From an uncultured Anaerococcus sp. (GTDB lineage: Bacteria > Bacillota > Clostridia > Tissierellales > Peptoniphilaceae): a DNA stretch of 57,575 nt. A program made the position numbers and the translations under genes. Positions 56,861 to 57,575 of the stretch are shown piece by piece. The stretch is from assembly GCF_963510915.1 (NCBI RefSeq), contig NZ_CAUPHG010000001.1:1-57575 (forward strand), read 5' to 3'. The notes below the pieces were generated by a model. The model made no database searches. It was not told the origin of the DNA and saw only the letters and a list, made by a program, of their open reading frames with translations. Every line of letters begins with the position of its first letter. The first letter of the stretch is position 1.

Positions 56861-57575
56861 ATGGCATTTAAAAAAGGCTATCATTTTCACAATATAAGAT
56901 ACAGAAAGCCAGGTGTATATTCAAATGTTGTTAGCGACATGAGAATATATAAGGCAAATGGAGCAAAAAACATAGCCCTCATAGGTACTTCTAAAGGTGG
57001 AGTACCAGGAGAAATAACAATCATAGAAGACCCGGAAGATGCGCAAAAAATCTTAAAGGGTGGAAATCTTTTAGACGCAGCACTAAAAGCTTACGATCCG
57101 GTTATAGAAACTAAAGACGGTGTAAACTTAGGCGGGGCAGACCAAATATTCTGTATTAGGTCTAATAGCGCCACAAAGTCAACAGGTAATGTTTTTCAAA
57201 CCAAAGAAGTACCAGCTAAAGTTGGCAAGGTTATAGCAACCCAGCTAGCTAATTCAACAGGCAAGCTAACAGTTAGTGGAGAATATACAGGCAAAGAAAA
57301 CAAGACTTACAAGATAGAGATAACCTCTACAGGTCTTAAAGACTTATCCGAGGCAACATATGTATTTTCTTTAGCTTCAGACGAAGATTCAGTAAGTGAA
57401 GAATTAGAACTTAAAAATACCGCAAATGCTACCAATAAAGAATTGGGAGATGGCATAAAGATAAGTTTTGCTGAAGGCAAGTACAACCAAGGTGACACTT
57501 TCTTGATACCATGTACAGCACCAGTAAGTGAATCAGAATTTGTTTATACAATTACCTCAAAAGATAATGGCGAAG
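56861..57575 (+). CDS. Contractile tail sheath protein (3'-truncated by window)
   Basis: YRKPGVYSNV, ALIGTSKGGVP, LKGGNLLDAALKAYDP, GADQIFCIR; open to window end. Confidence 0.85.
   Translation, partial: MAFKKGYHFHNIRYRKPGVYSNVVSDMRIYKANGAKNIALIGTSKGGVPGEITIIEDPEDAQKILKGGNLLDAALKAYDPVIETKDGVNLGGADQIFCIRSNSATKSTGNVFQTKEVPAKVGKVIATQLANSTGKLTVSGEYTGKENKTYKIEITSTGLKDLSEATYVFSLASDEDSVSEELELKNTANATNKELGDGIKISFAEGKYNQGDTFLIPCTAPVSESEFVYTITSKDNGE

Larger units (their letters stand above)
12853..57575. mobile_element. Integrated temperate prophage (myovirus), continues beyond window
   Basis: att-integrase-CI/Cro-replication-packaging-head-tail sheath in canonical order. Confidence 0.95.

Noticed and set aside
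57307..57498. 63-aa minus-strand ORF
   Set aside because: Antisense to the tail sheath gene, which is open from 56861 to the window end

Overview
AT-rich Firmicutes chromosome segment; gene content suggests an anaerobic coccus such as Anaerococcus/Peptoniphilaceae (inference). 1-10.4 kb is host backbone: S58 peptidase, two tandem secreted CAP-domain paralogues, cidA/lrgB, rpsF-ssb-rpsR, membrane pyrophosphatase and a Fic protein. 10.5-12.8 kb is a decayed prophage remnant with a broken replication gene, an ADP-ribosyltransferase fragment, a scaffold stub and two orphan hairpin RNA units. From a tRNA 3'-end fragment at ~12853 to the window end lies a temperate prophage. It has a tyrosine integrase, a CI/Cro switch with visible operators, a RecT/AAA/MBL recombination module, a replication initiator with iterons, SSB, RecU, dUTPase, a nonsense-broken thyX, two methyltransferases with poly-G tracts, tRNA-Ser and tRNA-Trp, an unannotated type I toxin-antitoxin and tandem antirepressor cassettes. 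Its packaging, head and contractile-tail module resembles the normally strictly lytic SPO1/Twort-like (Herelleviridae) myoviruses. All family assignments come from motif recognition, not database searches.
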